From the NCBI GenBank assembly GCA_051453625.1, contig JBOZIK010000001.1:25007948-25042012 (forward strand): a DNA stretch of 34,065 nucleotides, written 5' to 3'. How positions within the stretch are numbered: the stretch's first letter is position 1; the number at the start of each line of letters is the position of its first letter. The notes below the pieces were generated by a model, which did not search any database, was not told the origin of the DNA, and saw only the letters and a list, made by a program, of their open reading frames with translations. The stretch comes from Welwitschia mirabilis (lineage: Eukaryota). The translations under genes were made by a program, and so were the position numbers. Below, one piece after another: positions 1 through 13,100 of the stretch.

Positions 1-279
1 TTGCAAGAATAATTATTCAAAAATATCATTTATTTATATCTACATAAAATTCTTGTAATTTATCTAGAAACTGCATATTTTCATTCTTTTCATCTTGGTT
101 CTCCATTATCATGGGAACTAAGCATTTATTTGTTAATTCACTTGCAAAACAACTTAGACTACCCTATCAAATACATGTAACTTGGTGGTGCAACAATTAT
201 GAAAAAGAAAAAATGTACCATCCCCAGCAAAGTCTTCCTAGCTCAATTTATTAATAACTTAGTTTACTAAAAATGTTCA

Positions 280-2775
280 CATTTTAAATATCTAGGAGCA
301 GCAATGGTGAGTGTCACTTTAAAAAATAATATAAGATTAAGAAAGCCTTAATTGATATTAGAAGTAGTGTTAATATCATGTCCTTATATATTTATCAAAA
401 ACTTGATCTAGAATAAAGAGTAAAACCTACACAGATTGTTTTAGAGGTGGCTGATACTTCTGTGAAGAAATCGTTAGGTGTAATTAAGGATTTGGTTATT
501 CATATAGAAGAATCTTTTTACCCCATTGATGTTATAGTTATAGAATTTGAGCACCATTATGAATACCCTTTACTTCTAGGTAGAGCATTTGGTGCAATAG
601 CCCATTATATTATAGATATAAGAATCAGTTTGATGGGGTGCATTTTGGAAATAAACAGTTTTTAATAAGAGTTTTTGATGCAGCCAAAAAATATTTAGGT
701 AATAATTTGAGTGTGATGAAAGAAATTAGGCCAACTCTATTTTTACAACACCATCCACTTGAGGAAAGATGGTCCATGCTTCACAAATCACCATTATTTG
801 ATGTCCAAATTAAAAGTAGACAACTTGTATGTTTTTAAAGATTAACTTGATTTGACCATTTGAAAACTAAATTTTTTGATCTAGAGAGTAGAGAATTTGA
901 GTCTGTTAACTGTACAGAATCTTAAGATTTTAGTATACCAAAGATTTCTTATTTTGAGGGTGGTCATCCACTATTGACATCTGAACAACAGTCTGAGATG
1001 ACAGTTTATTTTCCTAAGAAATTTATAGAGACTGAAAATGAACTTAAATCTGAATATGAAAACTTTAGATAGTGGACTAAAATACATTTTTTAAATAGTG
1101 ACTTAAACAAGCCTTTAATTATCAATGAAAACCTTACCCCTTAATAAGAATTGAGTTTAGTCTCTCTTCTATAATTAAGATAAATGCATTCACTTGGTCT
1201 TATAATGATTTGATAGCCATACCCACTTCCATTATTTAATATAAAATCTAACTTTAAAAAAAACATTAAATCTATGAGGCAACTCTAATGTAGACTGAAT
1301 CCAACCCTTAAATAAATTATAAACAATGAAATCATAAAGATTTAATGGATGTTGAAATCATTTATTCAATTTCTGATAGTGAGTGGATTAACCCCTTAAT
1401 GATAAAAAGATGGGAAATAGAGAATGTGCATAAAATTTAGAAAATTAAATGAGGTAATTAAAAAAGATCATTGTACTTTGCCTTTTCTTGATCAAATTCT
1501 TGATAGGATTTAGGATCATGCTTTACTGTTTTCTTTATGGATATAGCCATTACAACCAGGTTTGCATTACTAGTGAGAACTAAGCCAAAACCACTTTTAC
1601 TTTTCCTTTTGGTACTTTTGCCTTTAGATGCATGTCTTTTGGACTTTGTAATGCTTCTAGTACTTATCAGCATGCTATGATGTGTATCTTTTCTAATATG
1701 CTTGAGGATTCCATTAAGATTTTTTATGGATTACTTCTCTATTTATGCTAAAACTTTTGAACAAATCTTAGATTGAATAGAGAAAATCTTAGACCATTAT
1801 ATTTTTAGTGGTCTATACTTTAGTTCGGAAAAGAGTCTATTTCTTGTAGAAAGTGGCATTTTTTAGTCACCATATCTCTTGAGAGGAAATTAGGATGGAT
1901 ACTTTTAATGTTGGTATTATTCAAAATTTACCTATAAATGTTAAACAAGTTTTATTTTTTTCTTAGTTATTATGGCTTTAACCATCAGTTCATTCACGAT
2001 TATGCTAATATTTGTAAATCCCTTCACTAATTACTAGATAAAGAAGCCAAATTTAATGACATGAATCTTGTTAACTTGCTTTCAATAGGCTTAAACATAA
2101 ATTATCTTATTCTACTATAGTAACAGGACCTAATGGAGAACTAGATTTTGAGCTTATGTGCGATGCGAATAATTTGTTGTGGGTGGGTTGTTTGTCAAAA
2201 ATATGAAAATGATTTTAAAGTTATATCTTATCATAGTAAATCTTTGTCTAGAGCTTAAATGAAGTATATTCCTATAGAGAAAGAGATGTTATCTATTATC
2301 TTTTACCTTGATTCTTTTAGACATTATCTATTAGGCTTTCATAGTTTACATCGATCATGCTTTTATTCATTACCTTATGACTAAGAAAGATTCTACTGCA
2401 TGTTTGATTAGATGGATCTTTCTTATGCAATATTTTAACTTAACCATTATAGATAAAGTAGAAAAGCATAATTATGTCAACAATCACTTATCTCGACTTC
2501 CTTTTCCTCCAAATGATATTATCATTGATGATTCATTTCCTGATGAGCAGCTTTTTATTATTTTCTCTTCTCATCATCCTTCTTGATATGCAAACATTAT
2601 TAACTATGTTGTGACCATGACAACATTACAATGCTATAATTTTAATCAATGTAAATATTTTCTCCCTAGGATAGTTAACTATGAGTGGATAGAGCCACAT
2701 TTATATCCCTGATTGGAAAATACTTGAGGTCCTTCATCTTTATCATAGTGGTACTTGTGGAGGACATTTTAGTGG
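280..2775 (+). pseudogene. pol: Degenerate Athila-lineage Ty3/gypsy pol, copy 1 (aspartic protease, RT, RNase H, start of integrase)
   Basis: Protease: KALIDIRSSVNIM (~354; cf. ALCDLGASINLM) and ORF 447-665 ADTSVKKSLGVIKDLVI...PLLLGRAF. RT: KDHCTLPFLDQILDRI, YGYSHYNQ, TTFTFPFGTFAFRCMSFGLCNASSTYQ, and FMDYF at ~1723 (cf. FMDDF). RNase H: FELMCDA (~2150) and RWIFLMQYFNLTIIDK...NHLSRL. Integrase zinc-finger start HSGTCGGHFS just before the gap. Many stops and frameshifts. Confidence 0.93.
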
Positions 2776-2875
2776 NNNNNNNNNNNNNNNNNNNNNNNNN
2801 NNNNNNNNNNNNNNNNNNNNNNNNNNNNNNNNNNNNNNNNNNNNNNNNNNNNNNNNNNNNNNNNNNNNNNNNNNN
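2776..2875. other. Assembly gap (100 N)
   Basis: Run of exactly 100 N, the usual placeholder for a gap of unknown size. Confidence 0.99.
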
Positions 2876-4711
2876 AGTAGTATGTAAAACCTAAGTTCCC
2901 TTATAAATATTAGACAGGTTAAATATTTTCTTCATCATTGTGGTTTTTACCATTGGTTTATTCATGATTATGCTAATATCTATAAACCCCTTTACTCATT
3001 ACTAGAGAAAAACTCTAAACTTAAATGGAACGAATCTTGTCAACTTACTTTTGAAAGGATTAAACATAAACTTTCTTATGCTCCTATAATAATGAGACCT
3101 AACTGGGAAAAATATTTTAAACTTATATGCGACGCAATTAATTTTGCCATAGGTGGGCTTCTTTGTCAGAAACATGAAAATCATTTTCATGTTATATCTT
3201 ACTGTGAAAAATATTTGGTTATTATGTTTTACCTTAATCTCTTAGACATTATCTTTTAGGATTTTATTCAAATGATTACACTGACCATGCTACCATTCAT
3301 TACCTAATGACCAAGAAATATTCTAGTACATATTTGATTAGATGGATTATATTTATATAAGAGTTTAACTTAACCATTATAGATAAAGAAGGGAAGCATA
3401 ATTCTATTGTTGATCATTTATCTCATTTTTCTTCTCCTCCAAATGATTCTATCATTGAAGCTTTATTTCTTGATGAGGAGCTTTTTATTGTATCTTCTTC
3501 TCATCCTCCTCCTTAGTATGTAGACATTATTAACTATTTTGTGACCATGAAAAAACTATAACATTAAACCTATAATTAATGCAAATATTTTATCCATATA
3601 ATAGATGACTATGAGTAGATAAAGCCACATTTGTATCATAGGTAAAAAAATTAAATCATGAAAAAATATGTGTTTAATTGGGAAATACCTGAAATCCTTC
3701 ATCTTTGTCATAGTGGTGTTTATAGAGGACACTTTAGTGGACATAAAACAGTGATGAAAATCCCCCATTCTAGTTTTTATTGGCCTTCTCTTTTTTATGA
3801 TTATTTTAATTTTGTTAGAATATGTGATCCTTACCACCATTATGATAGTCTTGCTCATTCATAGGAAATACCCCTTAAACCTATTCTTGAGTGTGAGCCT
3901 TTTGATTATTGGGGTATTAATTTCATAGGTCCTATACATCCACCTTCTTTTGATAAGCATTATATTTTAGTAACTATGGATTATGTGATTAAATGGGTTA
4001 AAGCTATATTACTTCTTTGAATTAAGACCCAACTATTTCTTTTTTCTTAGAACTCATATCTTTCAAAAGATCAGGGTACTTATTTCATTAATCAGATTTT
4101 TAGAAAACTTCTTTTTTCCATTAGTATAGAACATAGAATATCTTGTGTTTATCATCTTCAAACTAATGGAAAAGCTGAAAATGTTAATAGAAAAATTAAA
4201 AAAAGTTAGAAAAACTTATCTTATTAATAAAAAGTCTTTGGCTTCTAAATTAATGATGTACTTTGGTCTTACTATACTACTTGGCATACTTCTCTTGAAT
4301 TTTCACCTTACAAACTTATATACAATAAAGTTTGTGTATTGCCTCTTGATGTGTGTTATAATTCTTATCATGCATCTTATTAACTTAATTTTATAGATTT
4401 TCATAAAAACCTTAAATATAGATTAGCCCATTTAAATCATCTTAATAAAAAAAGAACTTATGCCATACATCATAAATTAATCCATAAAGCTAAGCAAAGT
4501 TAAAACATGATAAAAAGATATTTCATAAAAAATTTGAACTAGGTTAACTTCTTTTGTTATATAATACTAGAGTTCATCTTTTGAATAATAAGTTAACCTC
4601 TAAATGATTAGGTCTTTATCTTATAGATATTCTCATGGCTCAATTGAGATTTTATACTTAGAAACTAGAGAGACTCGGAAGGTTAATCGATAATGATTAA
4701 AATTATACTAA
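2876..4711 (+). pseudogene. pol: Degenerate Athila-lineage pol, copy 2 (RT connection, RNase H, integrase)
   Basis: FKLICDAINFAIGGLL; HLCHSGVYRGHFSGHKTVMKIPHSSFYWPSLF (ORF 3658-3864); PILECEPFDYWGINFIGP; YILVTMDYVIKWVKA; DQGTYFINQ; YHLQTNGKAENVNRKIK; C-terminal KVNR**LKLY (cf. Athila KVNGQRLKHY). Confidence 0.93.
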
Positions 4712-6943
4712 GGATCTTTAGATGTAACTATGAACATGATAGAAGTATTTATTTTGCAGGTTTCCCTTGATGAGAAGGACTTCTTCCCTATCATTTTCTG
4801 AGTTCTTTCTTATCCTACTCCTCTGATTGATATTATAATATTTCCTAATCATCTTTTACACTTGACTTGTGCATTACTTTATGAGGTTTCATAATTAATC
4901 TTCATACTTAAGTATTTATAGTGGTAAGATCGGATTCACCTAATCTAGAGACATTTCCATGTCTATGAACTTCACTTAAAGGAAGATGTCTTAGTTTCTT
5001 GTACCTTTTTCAATGATGTTAAGATCTTAGATTATTTGGAAGTGTTCTTTTCTATCTTTTATCTCAATTATTTGCATTCATCTTTTTGAGTGTGTGATCA
5101 TGTGGGAATTTTCAAAAAAAAAAAAGAAATAATGATCATGATATATTATATTATGTACTTCAAATAAAAATACATGGTTACCATATGTTCTACTGCATCA
5201 AGGTAAATTTTTCTGAGAGGAACTTTAGTAGTATTGGTAGCTATGGGAACTCTACTGGGAGGTAAGTTGGCTATGCCTCATGGGTCTCTACTCCTCTGAT
5301 AGTGGTTGCACTCCCCTCATCATGCAAAAAGAAATAAACTTTGAGGCTCTAGGATTAGTGATGTTCATAGTGTCATCAGAGGCATTGCTTATTTCTTAGA
5401 CTCTTAGTATTCCCACACTTGGTCATTTTACTTTTAAATATTTGAGTGTGTTTGTGGGGTGAGAGCAGGTGAGTTCATTTCTAAGTAATTTTTTGATTTT
5501 AACATTTATTATTCTAAGCACTTGAATGTTTGGATATCACTATAACTACTACCTTTTTTAGTAAACTTTATGAAGTTTATACATTTTTTAATGCATGTTT
5601 AGTCAGGTAACTTTATAATGTTTTCCTTAGGAGCTTGCTAGATTAGTACTTAGGATAGGTAAACAATCTTGCCCTGTTCCTTGTGTCCATTTTTATTCTA
5701 TATTTCTTCGATTTTTGAATTTAGAATTTTAAAGTCATTATGCATTTTCTCTTTCTTTTATAGGACCTTAATCATTTAGTATTTTCCTTGTTATTATTTC
5801 ATGTTATATCATTTTTTAGTAAGCATTTAAAAATTCAAAATAACATCTTTGTTTTGATGAGTTTTCTTGTAGATCATGATTTTCTGAGTTTATCATGCTT
5901 TTCTTTTCTATTTGGGCACATTCATGCAATCTTTCTTGATAGGTTTTGAACCTAGATAGTCTATTTTTTTTAGCTATAGTTTTTCTTTATTGTGTGTTTG
6001 TCCTTTTTCCTTGATTTTCTTAGTTTCTATTTGATTTTTATGTTTTTCTAAGTTTTTCTCTTCAGAATTACTACTTAGATGATCATATCCGAGCCTAAGG
6101 TTTTTGGCTAATTTTTTTTTTCTGAAAAACTTTTCATGTCCTATCATCCACTGAGTCATCCAAGTGACACGGGTAGGACGATAATTTGATTTTTTCTAAG
6201 AATCATCCTAGGGCTATCTTCTGGATGACAGTGCAATATAACCATGGTTCAAACACTTTTTCCTCCTTTTCCTTTGTTTCTTCATTATTTTTATCCATTC
6301 CTTTAAGAGACATGATCTCTCTAGCTCATACCAGCATTTTGGAACTTGTCTTGATAGATTTTATGTCTAGATTTATCATATCTCACTAATTTTTTAAAAA
6401 TAATTTATGTGTCTCTCTCCTCTTATTTTACACATTTTTCTCTTATTTTTCAGCCTTTCGACATGCATTTTTCATGTATATCACTTAGTTTTTCATGCTT
6501 TTCAATTTGGAACTTATGAATTTAAATTTCACCATGTATTTTTCAAGATATAAGAATTTGTGAATTTTACAAAGTAATTTTAAATTTTCATCTTTTACAC
6601 TTATTTTCTCGAAAAATATAGGTTGAACCATAGTAGTTCTTTAGGTAAAATTGATCAATTTGATAAGTTCTACGACTCTGCCAAATTAGATTTTTTATTT
6701 GAGCACTTTAAATTTTCATTTCATGTGGGGACCACTAAAAATACATTTTTTGAATTTTTCACATATTTTAAATTTTTTCTGCCACGTTTAGGCAATTTGG
6801 GATACATTGCAACTTCTAGAGAGGTAGAACATATTTTTAGTATTTTTCTCATTTTTATTAATTTTCAAGAATTATTATTACACATCCATGCGATGTTTTT
6901 GACATGTTTTTCTATTTTCACATAATGATTTTTGTGTTTCTAA

Positions 6944-8238
6944 TTGAGTAGGCCTCATACACATAAAGCTAGACAAGCTAAGGCTAAGGTTGAGGTAGTA
7001 GAGTAAGAGACATACCTTTTAATTGAGCTAGAGATAGAGCCTGCACATCTTCCACCTTAACATAAATACTCCATGACTATTCAAACAGCTAGTATATGTG
7101 TTGAGCATTATTTTGGCAAGTTTATGAGTCGTATCAAGCCTGAGGTTGACTAGAAACTAATAGATTTATAGCTCAAATGGATTATAGATGAACATGAATC
7201 ATACTACATATCAGAAAAAAGGGAGTTCCATGACATCATAATATCAAAAGGTGACATGACACTTGTGGTCAGTTATAAGATATAATTGTTACATTTATAT
7301 AATACTATGAGATAGCAATTATCCCATTCCATATTACAATTGTAATAGGCCTTAGCAGGTGTGGGAGCATGCATATATACTCAGCTGGTGGGATTGAGGA
7401 GCACCGAGCATATGGTACCATTTTGAATATACTAGCTGATATCACTACTGATCGACAGGGGGTAAATATTACTTAGCTGACCCCTTCATATAGGATGTTA
7501 CACAGAGGACTAATTCATAACATCAGTCTATTCTTTCATGATAGTCACACCATGATATCACATTTATAAATATTAGTAGCTTTTAGATGAAGGAGCAGAT
7601 GAAACTTCGTACATTTATTTAGAGGAGACTCAAATCCATGATAGATGCATAATAGCTTTAGACACTTGGTTATTCATACCTCCTCTCAGCACTCTTTATA
7701 TGATTAAGAATACCACATCCCATGGGCGAATAGTACCTATTGCATATATAGACTTTAGCTCATTATTTATAGAACATGGATATACAAGTTCTATGAGAGG
7801 CAGAGAGACCTCAAGTACAGAGACTTGCAGTTGGAGCTTTACTTGAGTAGATTAAGGCTCTCCTAACCAAAACCACCAAGACCATCATAGGTTTCATTAA
7901 CAAGGGTATCCAGAGACTAGATCAGAGGATCTAGACTCTTAATCAAAGGACATAGGCACTTGATCAGAGATAGCAAACATTTAAGCAAAGGATCCTATAT
8001 ATTGAGAGGAAAGTCCAACACTCTGAGGATTAAATCATTGACATGTACTAGTGTGTCATTTCCATTCAGAGAGTGTAATAGTAGACATTCCTTAAGTTGT
8101 ATGTATCTAGGGTAATGAGATGGTCAGATCTATTTCTACATCTTTAGATCTCCATTTCCCCTAGATCCTGAGCATCCTCCTTCTTCTCCCCCTACTTCTG
8201 AGCCAGCTACCAAACCATATTTTATCATGTTTATATGA
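6944..8238 (+). pseudogene. Decayed env-like / additional ORF of the Athila-like element
   Basis: Less T-rich, codon-like stretch between pol and PPT. Basic N-terminus (SRPHTHKARQAKAK), YYISEKREFHD (resembles the YPELVREFY-type motif of plant retroelement extra ORFs), heptad repeat at 7911-7994, and Pro-rich tail (PFPLDPEHPPSSPPTSEP). Interrupted by stops. Confidence 0.65.
7911..7994 (+). repeat. Four degenerate 21-nt repeats encoding coiled-coil heptads
   Basis: cagagactagatcagaggatc / tagactcttaatcaaaggaca / taggcacttgatcagagatag / caaacatttaagcaaaggatc, read as QRLDQRI-*TLNQRT-*ALDQR*-QTFKQRI. Confidence 0.8.
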
Positions 8239-8511
8239 GGGGAGTGATTTTGTATTATTATTTTGTATCTCCCCTTATATACATCTTTTGTACTAAAAAC
8301 TCTTTTTTAATATTTTATAGATGCTTTATTTTTCCATCATGATGTACTGATTTGAATTTGATTTTTCATGTGTATCTTTTAATTTTTACATGTTATGAAT
8401 AAGGATTAGTTTTACTTGGACAATTCTTCTAGCTTATTATTGTTTAATTTAGTGGGGGATTTTTTATTATATTTACTAATTATCTATAAAACATAAATTC
8501 TATCACAGGTT

Positions 8512-8532
8512 NNNNNNNNNNNNNNNNNNNNN
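8512..8532. other. Assembly gap (21 N)
   Basis: Run of N. Confidence 0.99.
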
Positions 8533-8768
8533 AGACCTTTTTGAGCCTATGATCTCTTCTATTATTTAGACGATGACCCAAATGACTGATTGGCTGAGCT
8601 TTTGGTAAGTGAAATGTTTAATTTTTCTTATTTCTTAAAATTCAATTTGTATCTTTGTAAATTCTAAAAATATTTTTAAGATAATTTCCTTAATTATCTT
8701 AGCTATTTTATTGTCTAATAAGTTGGCTCATAAATAATAGTTTATCACTTGGTTTTATTAGGAACTAA

Positions 8769-8788
8769 CAAGGATAAGTGGAGGGCTA
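8769..8788 (+). promoter_or_regulatory. Polypurine tract (PPT) of the Athila-like element
   Basis: caaggataagtggagggcta lies immediately before TGTTG and is preceded by an Athila-like 'ttattaggaactaacaa' motif. Confidence 0.6.
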
Positions 8789-9862
8789 TGTTGCATTGCT
8801 AACTTACACTTATTTGATAGGGTATTCTAAGTGGTTTTATAGGTTAATAGATAGGTCTTGATTTTTATAATAATGGAGAAATAAAGTAAAAGAGATGAAA
8901 ACATGCAATATCCATAATGATTTACAGTATTTTGAGCAATTTTGAATACTTTACATTTCTAAGACAACTTCCTATAAAACATTGAGGCTGATGCACTGAT
9001 TAAAGATTTGTCAAAGATCGTCATCCATTTCATCATTTAAACGACTATACGGATGACCAAGAAAATTGTGCCAATAGGGATGTTGACTATAATCAACCTA
9101 ATAGCTAATGTGAATTAATTATGAGGTATCATCATCTCTTCTATCATCCAGACAAGCAGTCATATGAGATTGTTGTAATGTCTACATTAAACATTCACCT
9201 AACTTCTACCACATATATGTTTGTTTCTTCTTGCATAATCATTACGGCTTTACATATGCCTTTTTATTTGTATTCTTATGTGCTTATGTATTAATAAATA
9301 GTGATCTCATCCTTGACTTCTGCTTGTCTTCATTTGCACCTGAAGTTCTCGTGACAGAAGATCAAAGGGCTTAAGATCCATCCTTGTAGTTACAAAGAGA
9401 TTTTTTACATGGTGTTAGATAGTGTTTCCTCCATTGAGGTGTGGCTACTTTATAACATGAATGTGGTTCATGATTTAATATAAAACATTTTCTTTTATAA
9501 TTTTAATGCATATTTGTCCTTCACCCTCATAGCTTATATGGTTTATGATTCATTAACGGTTTCTTTAATCATATAGGTTATGAGGGTAAACTTTGTCAAG
9601 GTTATGCATGATTAGTTTAGGTTAGGTGCATTCTTATTTCCTATTCCTAGATTAGCTTTACATGGGTGTATTATATTTACTTTCGTGCATTGTAAGTTAT
9701 TTCTATAGTTAGAGTATAAGTATTTCTATGTAGAAAGCAACTCTCTTATTTCCTAACTTAGCCCTTGATAGATTATAACATTTATGGCACTTACGTCTAT
9801 ATTAGTATGTTGTGTTTATGTATTATATCCGTAATTAATGGGATTCTACTTAAAACGTAACA
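8789..9862 (+). repeat. Probable 3' LTR (~1.07 kb) of the Athila-like element
   Basis: Starts TGTTGCATT right after the PPT and ends AACGTAACA (reverse complement TGTTACGTT), an imperfect terminal inverted repeat differing only by transitions. No partner LTR is in the window, so the right end is inferred. Confidence 0.55.
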
Positions 9863-9944
9863 TTGCATAAATACATACCACAATACTTATACTTAAGGAA
9901 TCTATTTTAATAAATGTGTTAAAATCCTATATTACTCATAGTGG

Positions 9945-10065
9945 TTAATTTAAAATAACATCTTATTTTCATAACAATTTTAAATAAGGATAATTGATAA
10001 TTTTATTAAAATCTTAATATACTTAACATTAGATAAATAAGGTTTACAAAATATGGAATATGACA
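9945..10065 (-). repeat. Recognisable remnant of the 3' LTR of the chromovirus
   Basis: tttaaaataacatcttatttt...aaaatcttaatatacttaa...aataaggtttacaaaatatggaatatgaca aligns with 17375-17492. It begins TGTCATATTC on the - strand directly after the PPT. Confidence 0.85.
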
Positions 10066-10078
10066 TCCTTCCCCACTT
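10066..10078 (-). promoter_or_regulatory. PPT of the chromovirus
   Basis: - strand AAGTGGGGAAGGA directly before TGTCA, preceded by aatttctaggagtaaat (cf. Tekay aatttcgaggacgaaat). Confidence 0.9.
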
Positions 10079-10129
10079 AGACTGATTTACTCCTAGAAAT
10101 TAAGATACATAAAGAGAGAGAATACTTAA

Positions 10130-13100
10130 CTACATATTATAAGAGTAAAAAAGATTTGGGAATTTATTTTTCATTGTTTTCTCTAACTTTTAGGTAGCTT
10201 CATCAAGACTATGATTAGTCTACTTTATCTTTATTTGATGGATCTTCCTATTTTGAAAATTGATAGTTTATTGGTTTAGCACTACTTTTGGCTTACCTAT
10301 AATTAAACAACCTAGTTCTACCTAAATATGGAACCAAGTTAATGCATAAGAAGAATTTGTAATATATTTTCTTAGCATACTTATATGGAAAACATCATGC
10401 ATGTGCAATAATCAAGGTAGTAGAGAAAACTTGTATGCAATATATCCAACTCTTTCTAATATTTCAAATGATTTAATAAATTAAAGTGCTAATTTTAATT
10501 TCTTAACTTCTTTCATTGTTGATTCCATTGATGACATTTTAAGAAATACATAATCACTTATTTTGAACTTAAGATCTCTTATTCAATAGTGTGCATATGT
10601 CTTTTATCTATTTGCTACTTCTTTAAGTTCATTCTTAATGATCCTCATTTTACTTTCCATGTCTAGTAATATTTTTGGTCTTATCATCAATCTTTCTTCA
10701 AGTTTTATTCATGAAATAGGTGTTTTACACTTTCTATCATATAGGGATTCAAATGAGGCCATTTAAATTGAACTCTAATAACTATCATTAGATGAAATTT
10801 CTACCAATGGTAGGTACTCTTACCAACTTTTAGGATTATCTTGAATACATTCTTTGAGAAGATCATCTAAATTTTGATTAAATCTTTCTACTTAAATATC
10901 TATTTGAGGATAAAATGCAGTGCTCACATTTAGCTTAGTTCCTAAATCCATTTGTAATTCTTGCTAAAACTTAAGTAAATTTTAAATCTCTATCACAAAT
11001 AATTACTAAAAGCACACCATGCAACTGAGTAACATTTTAAATATATACTTTAGTTATAGCTTTAGCATCATAAGTAAATTTTAATGGAATGAAATGTGTT
11101 AACTTAGTTGCTTTATCAATTATTACCATAATAGAAGATTTACCTCTTTAATTTTTTGGAAGTCCTAAAAAAAAGTCCATGCAAATTACATCTCATTTAT
11201 ATTCTAAAATATCATGAAGATAAAGTAATCCTGCTAAATCTCTATATTTTACTTTAACTTATTATTAATTAGAGCATCTTAACATAAATTCTGCTCTATT
11301 CTTTTTCATCCTTAATCATCAAGATTTTGTTTCATATTTAGATATATTTTAGTCCCTCTAGGATGACCTGCTATAGATGGATTATGAAATTCAAACATTA
11401 ACTTATGTCTAATTCAATCTACATTAGAAACCAAAAATCTTCCCTTGAATTTGATAATACCATCTGAACCAATACTAAAATTTTTTGAATCTAGTAATAT
11501 TTCTAACTAGTCCCTTAATTTTCAACAATTCTCATCCTTCCTCTAATATAATGGTAGAAATCTGGCTTGAATTTTTATGATTATTTTAACATAACCTCAT
11601 CTACTAAGAGCATCTGGAACCTTATTTCTCTTATCTTTATGGTGTAAAATCTCTATAATAAAGTTATATAAAACTCCATTCATCTTCTTTACCTAAGGTT
11701 TAAGTTTGGTTGAGTAAAAATGTATTTTAAACTCTTTTAATTTGTTTAAAATTAAAACTTTACATCATAGAGATAATGCTTCCATAATTTTAAAGAAAAC
11801 ATTATTGCAGTTGTTTCAAGATCATGAATAGGATAATTTCTCTTATGAGTTTTAAGTTATCTTGATCCATAAGCTGTTAATTTTTTATTTTGTTCAAGCA
11901 CTACTCCAAGACCTTATCCAAATGCATTAGTATAAAGTAAAATATTTTTAAATCATCTGGTATTGCTAAGAATAGAGTACTAGTTAAACATTCTTTAAGA
12001 TGATTAAATGATTACTGACATTCTTCTATTAATTAGAAGTCTTTATTTTTTTTAAAAGGCTTGTTAATGAAGAATCTATCTTAGAAAAGTTAAAGATGAA
12101 TTAATGATAGTACTCAATAAGAACAAGAAAACTTTAAATCTCAATAATATTTGTAGGTATCAGCCATTCCATGATTTCTCTAACTTTATCTTAATCCACT
12201 AGTATACCTTTCTTAGATATTAAATTATGTAAAAATTGAATGAAATCCTTTCAAAAAGATTATTTTTCTATGTTGGCATATATTTAGTAATTCCATAAAT
12301 TTTTTAATATTATTCTCAAGCATTTCTTATGATTTTCATAAGTCTTGGAATAAACGAGGATGTCATTAATAAATACTATTATAAAGGAATTAATATGTCA
12401 TTAACAAATTTAATTCATAAGACTCATAAATACTACAAGGAAATTTGTTAAACCAAAAGGCATAATAGCAAATTCATAATGTCCATAGTAGTTTCTAAAT
12501 GCTATTTGATGAATATGTCCATCCTTAATTCAAACTTAATGATGTACAGATCTTAGATTATCCTTTAAGAATACTTAGCTTCCTTGAGTTAATTAATAAG
12601 ATCATTTATTCTTGATAGTAAATACTTTTTCTTGATATAACCTTATTTAGTTATTTCTATTCAATGTATAATCTTAGTATTCCATCCTTGTTCCTTACAA
12701 ATAATACAAGTTCTCCTCATGGTGATACACTAAAATGAAGAAAACCTTTTTGTAAGATTTATTCAAGCCAAGTTTTTAATTCTTTCATTTTTTTAGGAGA
12801 ATCCTATATGATGCCTTAGAAATTGGTTGAGTTTCTGGGATCGATTCAATGAAAAACTTAACTTCTTGAAGTGGTGACATTCCTATTAATTCTAGTGTAA
12901 GTACATCAGGATATTCTAGAACTATTGGTATATTCTTTAGTAAAGTTTTTCTCTTCTTTAAGGTAATTGATTTTAGGTATATCATATAAACTAGTGATAT
13001 CCCCTTAATTTCGCTTTTTATATGCTTTGTATTAATTAAATTCTCTAGTGCTAATTTGTAATGACCTTGAAAGATTAGTATTTGGCCATGATTCCTCATT

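Larger units (their letters stand above)
2876..9862 (+). mobile_element. 3' part of an Athila-like LTR retrotransposon (RH-INT, long non-coding region, env-like ORF, PPT, 3' LTR)
   Basis: The order pol end, ~2.2 kb T-rich non-coding region, extra ORF, PPT, TG...CA LTR matches the Athila layout. A 21-N gap at 8512-8532 interrupts it. Confidence 0.75.

Noticed and set aside
1458-4396. ORFs 1458-1673(-), 3002-3190(-), 3556-3858(-), 2685-2894 and 4145-4396 as independent genes
   Set aside because: They are antisense or off-frame shadows of the decayed pol, and one runs through Ns.
4712-5089. Possible in-frame C-terminal extension of integrase (GSLDVTMNMIEVFILQVSLDEKDFFP...)
   Set aside because: It has five internal stops in ~125 codons and no recognisable motif. 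Any stop can be rationalised as C>T, so the evidence does not discriminate.
5974-6925. Short ORFs 5974-6159, 6186-6389 and 6623-6925
   Set aside because: They are F/K-biased translations of T-rich non-coding retroelement sequence with no motifs.
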